From positions 64,001 through 128,000 of the forward strand of contig CAWJTV010000018.1 in NCBI GenBank assembly GCA_963845755.1: a stretch of 64,000 nucleotides of DNA, read 5' to 3'. Within the stretch, counting starts at the first letter, position 1. Each line of letters begins with the position of its first letter. Positions 38,193-49,737 of the stretch are shown here, one piece after another. The translations under genes and the position numbers were made by a program. This stretch comes from an uncultured Planctomycetota bacterium (lineage in GTDB: Bacteria > Planctomycetota > Planctomycetia > Isosphaerales > Isosphaeraceae). The notes beneath the pieces were generated by a model. The model made no database searches. It was not told where the DNA came from and saw only the letters and a list, made by a program, of their open reading frames with translations.

Positions 38193-39656
38193 TTAACTCT
38201 GCCGCAGGCCGATCGAGACGCACTTGGTTTCGAGGTAGGCGTCGAGTCCCTCGATGCCCAGCTCGCGGCCCAGGCCCGATTCCTTCATGCCGCCGAAGGG
38301 GCATTGGGGCGTCGCCGGGACGGGATCGTTGATGCCGATGATCCCCGCCTCGAGTCCTTCGGCCATCCGGGTGGCGACGGTCAGGTCGTTGGTGAAGACA
38401 TACGCCGCCAGGCCGTAGGGGGTGTCATTGGCCGCGGCGATGACATCATCGAGCTTGGAGAAATCCAGCAGCGGCATCACCGGTGCGAAGGGCTCCTCGC
38501 TCATGAGCTTCATCGAGCCGTTGACCTCACGCAGCACGGTCGGCTCGAACCAGTAACCCTTGTCGAATCGCGACGATCGCCCGCCGCCGGTGAGGATCTT
38601 GCCCCCCTTGCTCCGGGCGTCCTCGACCAGCTCCGCGGTCTTCTCCAATGCCTTGGCCTCGAACATCGGGCCGACCTGTACCCCCGGCTCCAGCCCGTTG
38701 CCCATTTTCAGGTTGCGCGCCAGCTCGACGGCGACCTCGGTGAACTCGTTGGCGATCTTCTCGTGGACGTAGAACCGCGAGGGCGCGATGCACACCTGGC
38801 CGTTGTTGCGGAACTTGCCGATGACGGCGGCCTGGGCGACCTGCTGGACGTCCGCGTCGGGGAAGACGATCAAGGGCGCGTGGCCGCCCAGCTCCATGCT
38901 GATCCGCTTCACCTGGTCGGCCGAGCGGCGGATCAGCTCCTTGCCGACCTCCGTCGAGCCCGTGAAGCTGATCTTGCGGACCGCCGGGTGCTCGAAGAAC
39001 GCGGCGGCGAGCGGCCGCGACGGGCCGATCACCAGGTTGGCCACGCCCGGCGGCACCCCGGCGTCGGCGAGGCATTCGAACATGTGGATCAGCGTCAATG
39101 GCGTCTGATCGGCGGGTCGACTAACAACCGTACAGCCCGCGGCCAATGCAGGGGCGATCTTGCGGCTGGGCAAGGCGGCCGGGAAGTTCCAGGGCGTGAT
39201 CGAGGCGACGACGCCGACAGGATGCTTGATCGCATAATACCGCTTGGCGATGTTGGTCGGCGGGATGATCCGGCCGTAGGTCCGCTTCCCCTCCTCGGCG
39301 AACCATTCGAAGGTGTCGGCGGCGTGGAGCACCTCCATCTTGGCCTCGGCCAGCGGCTTGCCCTGCTCCAGGGTCAGGCTGCGGGCGATCCGATCGGCAC
39401 GCTCGCGCATCAGGTCGGCGGTCCGCTTGAGGACCTTGGCTCGATCGTGGGCCGACACGGCACGCCACGCTGGGAACGCCCGCGCGGCGGCCTCGATCGC
39501 CCGCTCCGCATCCTCCCGCGTCCCGTAGGCCACCTCCGCGACAACCGACTCATCGGCCGGATTGATCACGGCCAGGGTCTTGCCCTGGGGTGAGTCGCAC
39601 CACTTTCCATCGATGTACATCTGTTTCGTCAGCTCGGTCGCAACCGCCGTGGCCAT
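38193..39656 (-). CDS. gabD: NAD(P)-dependent succinate-semialdehyde dehydrogenase-like aldehyde dehydrogenase
   Basis: ITPWNFP..KISFTGSTEVG..MELGGHAP..KFRNNGQVC..EEPFAP..PFGGMKESG. Confidence 0.85.
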   Translation of the reverse strand: MATAVATELTKQMYIDGKWCDSPQGKTLAVINPADESVVAEVAYGTREDAERAIEAAARAFPAWRAVSAHDRAKVLKRTADLMRERADRIARSLTLEQGKPLAEAKMEVLHAADTFEWFAEEGKRTYGRIIPPTNIAKRYYAIKHPVGVVASITPWNFPAALPSRKIAPALAAGCTVVSRPADQTPLTLIHMFECLADAGVPPGVANLVIGPSRPLAAAFFEHPAVRKISFTGSTEVGKELIRRSADQVKRISMELGGHAPLIVFPDADVQQVAQAAVIGKFRNNGQVCIAPSRFYVHEKIANEFTEVAVELARNLKMGNGLEPGVQVGPMFEAKALEKTAELVEDARSKGGKILTGGGRSSRFDKGYWFEPTVLREVNGSMKLMSEEPFAPVMPLLDFSKLDDVIAAANDTPYGLAAYVFTNDLTVATRMAEGLEAGIIGINDPVPATPQCPFGGMKESGLGRELGIEGLDAYLETKCVSIGLRQS

Positions 39657-39991
39657 CGCTGTTCCTCCCCGTTGGTCGGCTACTGAGAATCCCGTCGTCA
39701 AGATAACCGGCGATACCCCGCGACATCAACGGACGCGCCCCGGCACAGCCCAGCCGCACCGGTCCTGCCGCTCCTGCCGAGGCATGGTTCACCCTGCCGA
39801 AATCTTGCCTCAAACTCCTGTATTTCTCATCTTAACAAGGCTGGGGTAGACACAATCGCACTGTTCCTCATAATCCGTTCAATCGTTCGAGCGATCGTAG
39901 CCGATAAAGAACGTGAGGGTCCAGGACCGGTCCCCGGGATCGGTCGAATTGGCCCCGGCTTTTTGCTTTTCCTCAGTGGGTGGGTAACGGA

Positions 39992-40564
39992 ATGAAGGGA
40001 ATCAGGCGAAGGCCGACGTGGACCATCGGATCGAGCCGGTCCTGGGCTGGCTGGGCCGTGGTCGGCGCGTTGGTCATGGGTGGCATCCGGGCCGAAGCGG
40101 CTCCGATCCGCCACGAGGATCACTCCGAGGCCGACGCGACCGCGCTCAAGGAATGGTCTCGTTACCTGGCGGCCAGTCCGAAGGTCTGGGAGCATGTGCT
40201 CCATCCGCCCGTAACGCCGGCGGTCGAATCTTCGATCTGGAAGAGCGTCAAGACGGACCCGGGTGGGGCGGATCCGATGGTCCGCTATCTGCTCTGGAAG
40301 CAAGACCTCGATCCGGCGCGATTCGCGCATTTTCATCCCAAGCTCGCCCCGGCCTTGCACAAGATCGCCGAGTCGACCCCGACGGCCCCTCAATTGCTCA
40401 ACCCGCCTCCTAGCTCTTCGACCGGGACGACCCTACCCCCGCCGGCGGGGGACACAGGGGGAACCGGGACTTCGCCGGTCCCCGAGCCGAGCACGCTGCT
40501 CCTCGCCGTAGGGATGGCCGGATGGTGCATCTGGCGGGCTCGTCGCAGGCCGGCGAATCCCTAA
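39992..40564 (+). CDS. PEP-CTERM surface protein
   Basis: Signal-like N-terminus, Pro/Thr/Gly linker, VPEPSTLLLAVGMAGWCIWRARRR. Confidence 0.9.
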   Translation: MKGIRRRPTWTIGSSRSWAGWAVVGALVMGGIRAEAAPIRHEDHSEADATALKEWSRYLAASPKVWEHVLHPPVTPAVESSIWKSVKTDPGGADPMVRYLLWKQDLDPARFAHFHPKLAPALHKIAESTPTAPQLLNPPPSSSTGTTLPPPAGDTGGTGTSPVPEPSTLLLAVGMAGWCIWRARRRPANP

Positions 40565-40590
40565 CGCAGCCTGCGGACACAACCCAAGAG

Positions 40591-40670
40591 GGATTCGAGA
40601 TTCGAGATTCCCGATTCCGGATCCAGAAATCGTTCCTTTGGGAATCTCGAATCGGGAACCCAGGAATCCC
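40591..40670. repeat. GATTC(GA/CG) heptamer cluster with inverted copies
   Basis: gattcga gattcga gattccc gattccg ... ggaatctcgaatcggga. Confidence 0.75.
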
Positions 40671-40921
40671 CAGATGCGCGCACGGTGCAGTGTTCGTACG
40701 GAGGGGGGATCCCAGTTCCTGGTGACGCTCATCTCGTTCGACAAGGCTTGCCTTCTGCGTCTTCCCTCGTCGCTACTTCCTCTCTTATGATAGATTGAAT
40801 CGGTTGCCGCCAACGAGCGAACCGAACCGAGGCCGGGCGCATCGAAAGAGTGTCGCCTGGCGAGCCCGAGCAATCCTCCACTGACGGATCTCGGCGACCT
40901 GTGCAACGAGGATGGGGACTG

Positions 40922-42517
40922 ATGGACGCAGAAGCGCGCTATTACATCACAACGGCGATCGACTATCCTAACAGCCGTCCGCACATCGGCACCGCGTTCG
41001 AGAAGATCGGCGCCGACGTCCAGGCCCGATTCCGCCGGATGGAAGGCGCCGTGGTCCATTTTCTGATGGGCAACGACGAGAACACCATCAAGGTTCCCCA
41101 GCGCGCCCGCGAGCGCGGCGTCGAACCCAAGACTTATGTCGACGAGATGGCTCGTCAGTTCCAGGACGTCTCGCGCGCACTCGATATCTCCTTCGACGAC
41201 TTCATCCAGACGAGTGAAGAACGTCATCATGCCGGCTGCCGCCAATTCATCCAGGCCGTGTATGATGCCGGTGATATCTACAAAGGAGTCTATGCCGGTC
41301 ATTACTGCACGGGCTGCGAGGCCTTCAAGACGGAGAAGGAAGTGGCGGAGGGAGGCGGGAAGTGTCCCAACCATCCCAACACGCCGCTGACCTGGGTCGA
41401 GGAGGATAACTACTATTTCCGCCTCTCGGCGTACCGCGAACGGTTGCTGGCCCACTATGGGGCCCATCCGGAGTTCATCCAGCCCGAGAGTCGGCGGAAT
41501 GAGATCCTCAGCCTGGTGGAATCGGAGCTGAAGGACGTCGCGATCACTCGCAAGGGATTCACCTGGGGGATCAAGGTCCCGTTCGACCCGGAGCAGACGA
41601 TCTACGTCTGGTTCGACGCGCTTTTGAATTACATCACCGGGGTCGGTTACGGGACCGATGAGGAGCGTTTCCGACGGCTCTGGCCGGCCGACGTGCACGT
41701 CATCGGCAAGGACATCACCCGGTTCCACTGCGCGCTCTGGCCGGCGATGCTGATGTCAGCCGGCGTACCGTTGCCCCGCATGGTCTTCGGGCATGGCTTC
41801 GTCTACCGGAAGAACGAGGAGACCGGCGAGATCCAGAAGCTGAGCAAGAGCCTGGGGAACGTCGTGGAGCCGATGGAGTTGATCGAGAAGTTCTCGTCGG
41901 AGGGTTTCCGCTACTACTTCATGAGCCAGTGCCCGTTCGGCGGCGACGGCGAGTTTTCCTTCGAACGGTTCGCCGACGTCTACAATAGCGGGCTGGCCAA
42001 TAACCTGGGCAATCTCTATAGCCGCATCCTCACGATGTGCGCGAAGTACTTCGACGGCCGGCTCGACGGTGGCGAACCGGTCGATGTGACCCGATGGAGA
42101 CGCGGCCTGGACTTCGAGGGACTCATCGCCGCCGTGCGCACGCTCGTGGGCTCGTTCGAGTACAACGTCGCCTTGCAGCGGATCTGGCTGGAAGTCGTCG
42201 ATTCGGCGAATCGTTACATCCAGGAGACCGAGCCCTTCAAGCTGGCCAAGACCGATCTGGAGGCATGCCGCACGGTCCTCGTCAACCTGGCCGACTGGCT
42301 GAGAATCGCCGCGATCCTGATCAAGCCGTTCCTGCCGCGGACCGCGGAGACATTCTACCGCGCCTTTAATTTCGAAGAAATGAAGGCGTGGGAATCCGTC
42401 GGATATGCCGATGCGCTCCAGCCCCTCCGCCAGTCGGGGCTGCACGTCACCGCGCCGCTGTCGGGCGGCAAGCCGGCGCCGCTGTTCCCCAAGATCGAGG
42501 TTCGACCGGCGCGTTGA
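40922..42517 (+). CDS. metG: Methionine--tRNA ligase
   Basis: YITTAIDYPNSRPHIG..YVWFDALLNY..HVIGKDITRFH..KLSKSLGN. Confidence 0.95.
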   Translation: MDAEARYYITTAIDYPNSRPHIGTAFEKIGADVQARFRRMEGAVVHFLMGNDENTIKVPQRARERGVEPKTYVDEMARQFQDVSRALDISFDDFIQTSEERHHAGCRQFIQAVYDAGDIYKGVYAGHYCTGCEAFKTEKEVAEGGGKCPNHPNTPLTWVEEDNYYFRLSAYRERLLAHYGAHPEFIQPESRRNEILSLVESELKDVAITRKGFTWGIKVPFDPEQTIYVWFDALLNYITGVGYGTDEERFRRLWPADVHVIGKDITRFHCALWPAMLMSAGVPLPRMVFGHGFVYRKNEETGEIQKLSKSLGNVVEPMELIEKFSSEGFRYYFMSQCPFGGDGEFSFERFADVYNSGLANNLGNLYSRILTMCAKYFDGRLDGGEPVDVTRWRRGLDFEGLIAAVRTLVGSFEYNVALQRIWLEVVDSANRYIQETEPFKLAKTDLEACRTVLVNLADWLRIAAILIKPFLPRTAETFYRAFNFEEMKAWESVGYADALQPLRQSGLHVTAPLSGGKPAPLFPKIEVRPAR

Positions 42518-42556
42518 CGCAGGATCTCGGTCCCGATCGATCGCGAGAGCGGGGAT

Positions 42557-42622
42557 GAATCGATTCAGCAATTCGAGATTCGAGATTCAATAGAAAGAGA
42601 ACTTCTTTTGAATCGGGAATCT
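42557..42622. repeat. GATTCGA heptamer cluster with inverted copy, between convergent genes
   Basis: aattcga gattcga gattcaa ... ttgaatcgggaatc. Confidence 0.7.
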
Positions 42623-42646
42623 TTCATCCGCTTCTCCGAGGTTTGA

Positions 42647-43787
42647 TCAGCCCGCGGCCTTGAGCGCCTCGGCACCCAGGAATCGACCGACCGCCGACAC
42701 GATCCGTTCCGAAGCCTGGCCGTCTCCGTAGGGGCTCACGCCCCGGGCCATCGCCCGGTAGGCGACCGGATCCGCCAGGAGCCGGCTCGCCTCGGAGACG
42801 ATCCGATCGGGCGCGTGTCCGACGAGCCGGGCCACACCCGCGGTGATCGCCTCGGGACGTTCGCTCTCCTCGCGTAATACCAGCACCGGCTTTCCCAGCG
42901 CCGGTGCTTCTTCCTGGACGCCGCCGGAGTCGGTCAGGATCAGCGTGGCCCGCTTCAGGGCGGAGACGAACGGCCCATAGCCCAGCGGCTCGCAGAGCCG
43001 CACGCGCGGCCGATCCGCCATCGCTTGCTCGACGACCGGCTTGATCGAAGGATTAGGATGGACCGGCCAGAGGAATTGCACGTCGGGGAACCGGTCGTGG
43101 AGCTGATGGATCGCGCGGCAGATCTGGCGGATCGGCTCGCCGAAGCTATCGCGGCGATGCGCCGTGACCAGCACCAGCCGCTTCGTCGGGTCGAGCTCGA
43201 CCCCGATCGGGACGTCGCGCCCGGCAGCCAGGAGCAGCGCGTCGATCACCGTATTCCCGGTCACGACGACCTGACTGTCAGCGATCCCCTCGCGCAGGCA
43301 GGTTATCGCGCGCGGATGCGGTCGGCGCGAAGTGGAGGGCGGCCAGGTGGCCGGCCAGGACGCGATTGGCCTCCTCGGGGAACGGCGCGTAGAGCTGGCC
43401 GGTGCGCAATCCGGCCTCGACGTGGCCGAATGGGATCTTGTGATAGAAGCTCGCCAGGGCCGTGGCCAGGACGGTCGTCGTATCGCCCTGGGCGAGCACC
43501 ATGTCGGGCTGCTCCCGCGCGATGGCGCCGTGGACCGCCAGCAGCAGCCGGCTGGTCAGCTCGATGAGCGTCTGGTTGGGTCGCATGATGTCGAGGTCGA
43601 GGTCGGGCTGGATCGCGAAGAACGCCAGCATCGGGTCGACCAGCTCGCGATGCTGCGCCGTGAACAAGACCCGGCATCGCGCCCAGGGTGCCGACTGGAA
43701 GGCATGGATCACCGGGGCCATCTTGATCGCCTCGGGCCGGGTCCCGATCGTGCAGAGGATCGTCTTGATCCCGCCGCTGGGTCTCAT
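42647..43787 (-). CDS. wecB: UDP-N-acetylglucosamine 2-epimerase (frameshift near 43280)
   Basis: GTRPEAIKMAP..QGDTTT..GHVEAGLR..PFPEE; TGNTVIDAL..TAHRR..LTDSGGVQEEA..ERPE..SPYGDG. Confidence 0.93.
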
Positions 43788-43816
43788 GCGGCACATCCTT
43801 TCGAGTCCGATGGCGG

Positions 43817-43884
43817 GAGTCCCTCGAGAAAAGGGGACAGGCACCTCGACGACTCGGAGCCAGTCCCCTTTTCTCGAGGGACTC
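43817..43884. repeat. REP-like perfect 22-bp inverted repeat; related copy at 54906-54980
   Basis: GAGTCCCTCGAGAAAAGGGGAC / GTCCCCTTTTCTCGAGGGACTC. Confidence 0.8.
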
Positions 43885-43892
43885 GAGAATCG

Positions 43893-45410
43893 TCAACCCG
43901 CCAATCGCGTCGTGCCACGCCCACGGAGGATCCGGTCGATCGCGATCGCCAGGTCCCGATGGCGCGCCTGCCACGTATTCTCTCGGGCGAACGCCCGACG
44001 GCGATCGGGCAAGCTCGGCTCTCCGCCCTGCAACTCCGCTTCGATCGCGCCGGCGAATTGCTCGGCGGTGTCGCCCAGCCGGATCAGTCCGTCTGCGGCG
44101 ATGGGGACCAGCTCCGGCAGCCCGACCGCCACCACGAGTTTGCCCGTCGCCAGCATCTCGTACACCTTGACCGGGTTGGTCGCCTCGGTCAGCGGCACCC
44201 GCTTGAACGGGATGATGAAGACATCCCAATCGTGGATCAAATTCGGGAGCTCGTCATAAGGCCGCTCGCCCAGGAGCCGGATGTTCGGTACGTCTTCCAG
44301 CAGCCGCACGTCTCCGGCCAGGGTCGAACCGATCAGCTCGAACCGCCAGCCGGGGCGCAGCCCGGCCAGCTCCGCGACCAGTTGGCCGTCGAACCACTCG
44401 GCGATCGCCCCGTAATAGCCGATCCTTGGCGCATCCGGCCGGCCGGGCGGCCTGGCGGCGCCTCGCACAAAAATGCTCGTACTCGCAGGCGTTGCGGAGC
44501 AGGAGCGAGGCCCGAGCGCGGCGCCGCATACTCTCGAACAGTAACGCGGAGCTGGCGAGTACGAGATCCGCCTCGGCGACCAGCCGGCTCTCGGTTTCGA
44601 GGATATCCGAGGTGTTATGGAGGAACCCCGCGTGGTCGTCCATGCAGTCGTAGACGATCGGCCAGCCGAACCGCTCGCGGAGCGCTTCCGACAGCGCCGT
44701 CCAGTACGGGTGCTGGGCGACGATGACCGCATCATCCACGCCCAGCTCGACGCGGAGCCGAGCCAGCGCCTCGACCATCCGGTCCCGATCGGTCTCCGCG
44801 GGGAGTGACTGATAAATGTTGGCGGCCGGGTCGCCGGGCAGGGTGATCTCCACGATGTTGGTCGCGATGGATCGCGTCCGCGCGGCGGCACCCCGATGAA
44901 ATTGATTGGCGGCGTAGAGGACCAGGTGCCCGTTCTGGGCGAACTGTCGCATCAATTGCTGAGGACGCTGGAACCGAAACCCCCATTCGATCATGGGGAG
45001 GCAGAAGACCGCATGGTTCTCCCGGACAGCCGCCTCGATCCGGAGCGGGCCGGCATCGCCCCGCGCAGGCGCGCGGGATCCTTCGCGGGCCTGCTGGACC
45101 AGCCGCGCGACACGTTTCTTGAGCCGCCGCAGGCCGCGGATGCCCGACCGTGTCAGACGATCGCGGCGCGTTCCGCGAGGGGCCAGCGCGTCTCGGACCT
45201 GGCCCAGGGTCCTCAGCATCGCCCAGCCATCGCTGGTCTGGATCGCGCGGAGCTGGTCCCGCAATTCTCGCGATTCCCGGTCCCTGGCCCGCAATTCGGC
45301 TCGTAGCTGTTCGATCAGTTCCCGATCAAGAGAGGACTCGTGCGCTCGCCTCCCCGGGGGACGGCCGGGCTTCCGTCGTCATCTCAGGAACCGTCAGATC
45401 GTCCGACATC
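43893..45410 (-). CDS. Glycosyltransferase (GT4-like) with N-terminal coiled coil; frameshifted
   Basis: IEWGFRFQRPQQL..VYDCMDDHAGF..; IGYYGAIAEWFD..TNPVKVYEMLATGK. Confidence 0.85.
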
Positions 45411-45704
45411 AACGTCCCATCCTGGTCGGATCTCGAGGCGGTCATCGTGACCGAGGGAATCATCGCGGAAGGTTATAAGCGGAGTGGACCGACGGGGCAA
45501 GCCGATTCTGACCGGGTTCGGAAACGCTTCGGGACATCCGGACCCCGAGAAAAGGGCTTCCGCGCGTTTTGCTCCGAATGAGATTCAAGTCCTGCGGACA
45601 TTCGACCGAATGAGGGGCGCATGCGGTTTCGGCCATCGTCCGCGATGACCGGGACTTCGGCCTTTCTGCCCAGCCCATCTCTCCTAGATCCCCGTCAACC
45701 ATAC

Positions 45705-45762
45705 GTAAATCAGGCGATCCAGCCTGACAGGACCGGACGTCAGGCTGGAAAGCCTGACCGAC
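45705..45762. repeat. REP-like doublet (TCAGGC..TCCAGCCTGAC / GTCAGGCTGGAAAGCCTGA)
   Basis: Inverted pair, each unit palindromic. Confidence 0.7.
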
Positions 45763-45798
45763 TCTCTTGCCGGCGTAGTATCCCGGAGGGGTTGAACC

Positions 45799-46518
45799 AT
45801 GAAACTGTCTCTCAGGACGAACCGTCTGGTCGCCAGGGTGCTCGGCACCTCGAAATCCAGGATCGGTCCGCGCGTAGGAGGGTCGCGGCGGGTCATCCTC
45901 GAGAACGCGCGATGGTCCGGGACGGAATTCCGGAATTCGCCCTACTATGACATGGCCGAGCCTCACATGGAGGTGCAGTGGAAGCATACGATCTGGCCGC
46001 TGATTCAGCACGCCGACTTCTCCTGCGTCCTGGACCTGGCCGCCGGTCATGGTCGCAATAGTGCGATGCTTGAAGCGGTGGCGGATCGGATCATCATCGT
46101 GGACATCACCCAGGAGAACATCGACTACTGTCGCAAACGATTCCAGGGAGATGACCGCTTCACCTTCATCAAGAACGATGGACTCTCTCTCAACGGCGTT
46201 GCCGATGCGAGCGTCTCGCTGGTCTATTCGTTCGATTCCATGGTCCACTTCGACAGCGACGTGATGCGGGAGTACCTCAAGGAATTCCGGCGGGTCTTGA
46301 AGCCGGGCGGTACTGGGTTCATCCACCACTCGAATTACACGGGAGACCCTACCGGCAATTTCACGACGGCTCCGCACTGGCGGAATTTCATGTCCAAGGA
46401 ACTGTTCGCCCACTACTGCTATAAGAGCGGCCTCGAAGTGATCGAACAGCACGTCATGGACTGGGAGGTGTCGAGGCTCGATTGTCTCTCGATCTTCCGC
46501 AGGGCCCCTGGGAATTGA
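45799..46518 (+). CDS. Class I SAM-dependent methyltransferase
   Basis: VLDLAAGHGR..YSFDSMVHF..EFRRVLKPGG. Confidence 0.88.
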   Translation: MKLSLRTNRLVARVLGTSKSRIGPRVGGSRRVILENARWSGTEFRNSPYYDMAEPHMEVQWKHTIWPLIQHADFSCVLDLAAGHGRNSAMLEAVADRIIIVDITQENIDYCRKRFQGDDRFTFIKNDGLSLNGVADASVSLVYSFDSMVHFDSDVMREYLKEFRRVLKPGGTGFIHHSNYTGDPTGNFTTAPHWRNFMSKELFAHYCYKSGLEVIEQHVMDWEVSRLDCLSIFRRAPGN

Positions 46519-46617
46519 CTCGATTCGGCTTGACGAAATCGCGTCGATCCGGTCTACCAACGTGTCGCCGGAATACTGGAGGATGCCACCGGACGAGAGT
46601 TCCCCAGGAGCAAGGAC

Positions 46618-49428
46618 GTGATCTCGAGGAATTCCCCTGCCGCGTCGCCCCTACGACGCGAGGCGGCGCGCCCCGATCGAGCAACATCCGCGACTGGGGG
46701 GCAGGCTGCCATCTCGCCCGTTCCCGGCGGCGGAGCGTTGCGGGCGAGATCGATCGTCGCGCGTAAACTCGCAACGCGCCAGCTCGCCCGGCTGGAGTGG
46801 CTCGCCTCGCGCGTGGTGAAGAGGGCACGTCAAGGGCCGCGAATGTTTGCGGTCGCGCTCGGCGGGTTCCTCTCCCGACGGTCGCGACTCCTCTACTCCC
46901 GAGTGAAGCGCGCGATGTTTCTGAAGAGATCCGTCAAGCGGATCTCGGCGCGACCCTGGAGCGGACGCCCAGTTCAATGCCCGTGCGTTCCCGGCCTCGT
47001 CAGCGTCGTCCTGCCCGTCTACAACCAGGCCGATCTCCTCGCCGACTCGATCGAGAGCGTCTTGAATCAGACGTACGGCGATCTCGAGCTGATCGTCGTC
47101 AACGACGGATCCACCGACGGCGTCGAGCTGGTCCTGTCCCGCTATCTCGATCATCCTCGGGTCCGCGTCTTGAGCCAGGCCAACCAGAAGCTCCCCAAGG
47201 CCCTGAGCAATGGATTCGAATTCGCGCGGGGCGAATACTGGACCTGGACCTCGGCCGACAACCTGATGCATCCCGAACAACTGGCCCGTCAGGTCGAATT
47301 CCTCCGCGGTCATCCCGAGTCCTCATTGGTTTACGCGGACTACCTGGCGATCGACGACCGGGGCGAGCCCCTGGAGGATCCTTCGTTCCGCCCCCAGGAT
47401 CGCCCGGATCCCAGATCGCCCGAGATCCACCTGCCCCGCAACCCGTGGCTGATCAATCTCGAACAGGACAATTTTATCGGTCCCTGTTTCCTGTATCGCG
47501 CCGTCGTGGGCCACGCCGTCGGGGAGTACGATCCCAACCTGGGACTGGAGGACTACGACTACTGGATGCGGGTCAATCATGCGTTCGTCATCGCGCACCT
47601 CGGAACGGAAGAGATCCTCTATCGCTACCGCGTGCACGACCGCAGCTTGAGCGCCTGCGCCGCCGAGCTGAAAATCGCCGAGCGGGCCCGCCTGCTGATG
47701 GACTACGAACGAAGTCGCCAGGATTTCTATCGCCGGCCCTGGACCCTGGTGCTGGATGCCGCGATGCGCGCCCAACTGGCCGGCGCGATTCCCGGGTCCA
47801 TACCGGTCGTCGACTTCGAGACGGCCCCACACTCGCCGGCGCACCCCAGCCTGATGGCCGAGAAGGTCCTCTACCTGATCGACAGCGCGAATCTCGAGGC
47901 ACTGGCCGCCGCCGATCGCCCGTCCTCGTGCCGCGTAGCGGCGTGGTTCGAATCCGTAGACGACGCCTATGAGCGTTGGTACGCGGCCGCCGCCTGTGGC
48001 GCCATGGGCCTCACGAATCAGCCCGAGGTGGCCGAACGGCTGGATCTGCTCGGCGTTCGACGCTTTCGTGGTCGGCTCGGCGCATCCGTCCTGGACCTGG
48101 CGCGGATTCACGCGAACAACCGCGCCTTCTTCGAGCAGACCCGCTCGCCATCGCTTCGAGCCCGTTCCCTGCCGCAACCCCTCCGGACGCCGGAACCCGG
48201 TCCGGTCCTGATTCAGGTCGAGCATTTTGATCGTGGGGGCATGGAGAACATGATCCTCCTGCTGGCCGAAGGGCTGCGCGGCAGGGGCATGGACGTGTCC
48301 CTGCTGGTCCTCGGCCGAGCCGGCCCTGCGGCCGAGCAGGCACGGAGCGTGGGCCTCCGCGTGCTGACCCTTCCCGAAGATCGGCGAGGCCCGGCCTACC
48401 GGTCGCTCCTGCAAGAGCGAGGGATCAAGCTGGTCAACGCCCATTACGCGCCGTTCGGCGCCGCGATCGCCGCCGAGCTGCGAATCCCGTTCGTCCAGGT
48501 CGTGCACAATTCCTACGTCTGGCTCGACGATCGCGCCGTCGCGCAGTACCGCCAGGCCGATCCTCATACGACGGCCTATCTCTGCGTCTCGGCCCAGGTG
48601 GCGCGCTGATGCCGACTGTGCGCTGAGCCTGTCGGCCTCCAAGATGGTCGTCGTCCCCAATGGCATCGATGGACACCGACTGGACGCGGCGCGGTCCTAT
48701 CCGCCGGATACGCTTCGGGAGGAGCTGGGCCTCTCTCGAGACGATTTCGTCTTCTTGAACGTCGCCTCGATCCACGCGACGAAGGCGCACAAGGTGCTGG
48801 TCCAGGCCTTCGCGCGCGTCGCGAGCACGCATCCGCGGGCCCGGCTGCTGATCGTCGGCCCGGCCGCTGATGCCGATTACGAGGCTCAGGTCCGCCGCCT
48901 GATCGGGCGCTTGCACCTGGAGCAACGGGTCATCCTGACCGGCCCGCGCGAGGATGTCGCGCGCTTCTACTGGATGGCCGATGCGTTCGTCCTGCCTTCC
49001 TACTGGGAGGGATGGAGCCTCGCCCTGAGCGAGGCGGCTTACACTGGCTTGCCCGCGGTCGCCAGCGACGTCGGCTCGCGCGCGAGCTGCTCGGTGCGAG
49101 TGGCGGCCGGCTCATCAAACCCCCGTTCTCATCGATCAATGAGTTGAACTGCGATTCGATCGGCCGGCTCGTCCATGGCGAGGACCCACGGTTCCTCGCC
49201 GAGCTGGCCGAATCCCTCAGCGTGATGATCACCTCGCACCGTCGGAGCACCCCCACCGATTCGAAGAAGCACCTCCTGGACCAGGAACGGATGGTGGACC
49301 TCCACTTCACGATCCTGAATTGGCTCCTCCACGGCGGGCACGCCAGCGCGGCCCGGGCGTGGAGCCGCACAACGATCCGATCGGAGCCGATCGTTGAGGC
49401 GGTCAACCGCGCACGGGGCGCGGCGTGA
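46618..49428 (+). CDS. Bifunctional GT2+GT4 glycosyltransferase (frameshifts near 48607 and 49080)
   Basis: VSVVLPVYNQ..IVVNDGSTD..EDYDYW; GGMENMI..VVVPNGID..ADAFVLPSYWEG. Confidence 0.85.
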
Positions 49429-49453
49429 GAGGATGTGGAAGAATCGGATGGAA

Positions 49454-49614
49454 GATTCGAGATTCGAGATTCCGGATTCGAGATTCGAGATTCCGGATTC
49501 GAGATTCCGGATTCGAGATTCCGGATTCGAGATTCGAGATTCGAGATTCGAGATTCCGGATTCGAGATTCGAGATTCGAGATTCCGGATTCGAGATTCGA
49601 GATTCGAGATTCCG
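49454..49614. repeat. Tandem array of 23 heptamers: GATTCGA x16 and GATTCCG x7
   Basis: Parsed directly; followed by GATTCAA and an inverted partial copy at about 49667-49690. Confidence 0.95.
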
Positions 49615-49737
49615 GATTCAAAAATGGAATGCACTGTGCCGACAGGACTTGCGACCATTTGTTATCTTGAATCTCCGATTTCGAATCGATTCTTTCAAAG
49701 ACTCTGAGTCGTCCAAGCTTCGGAAGGATCGAATTTC

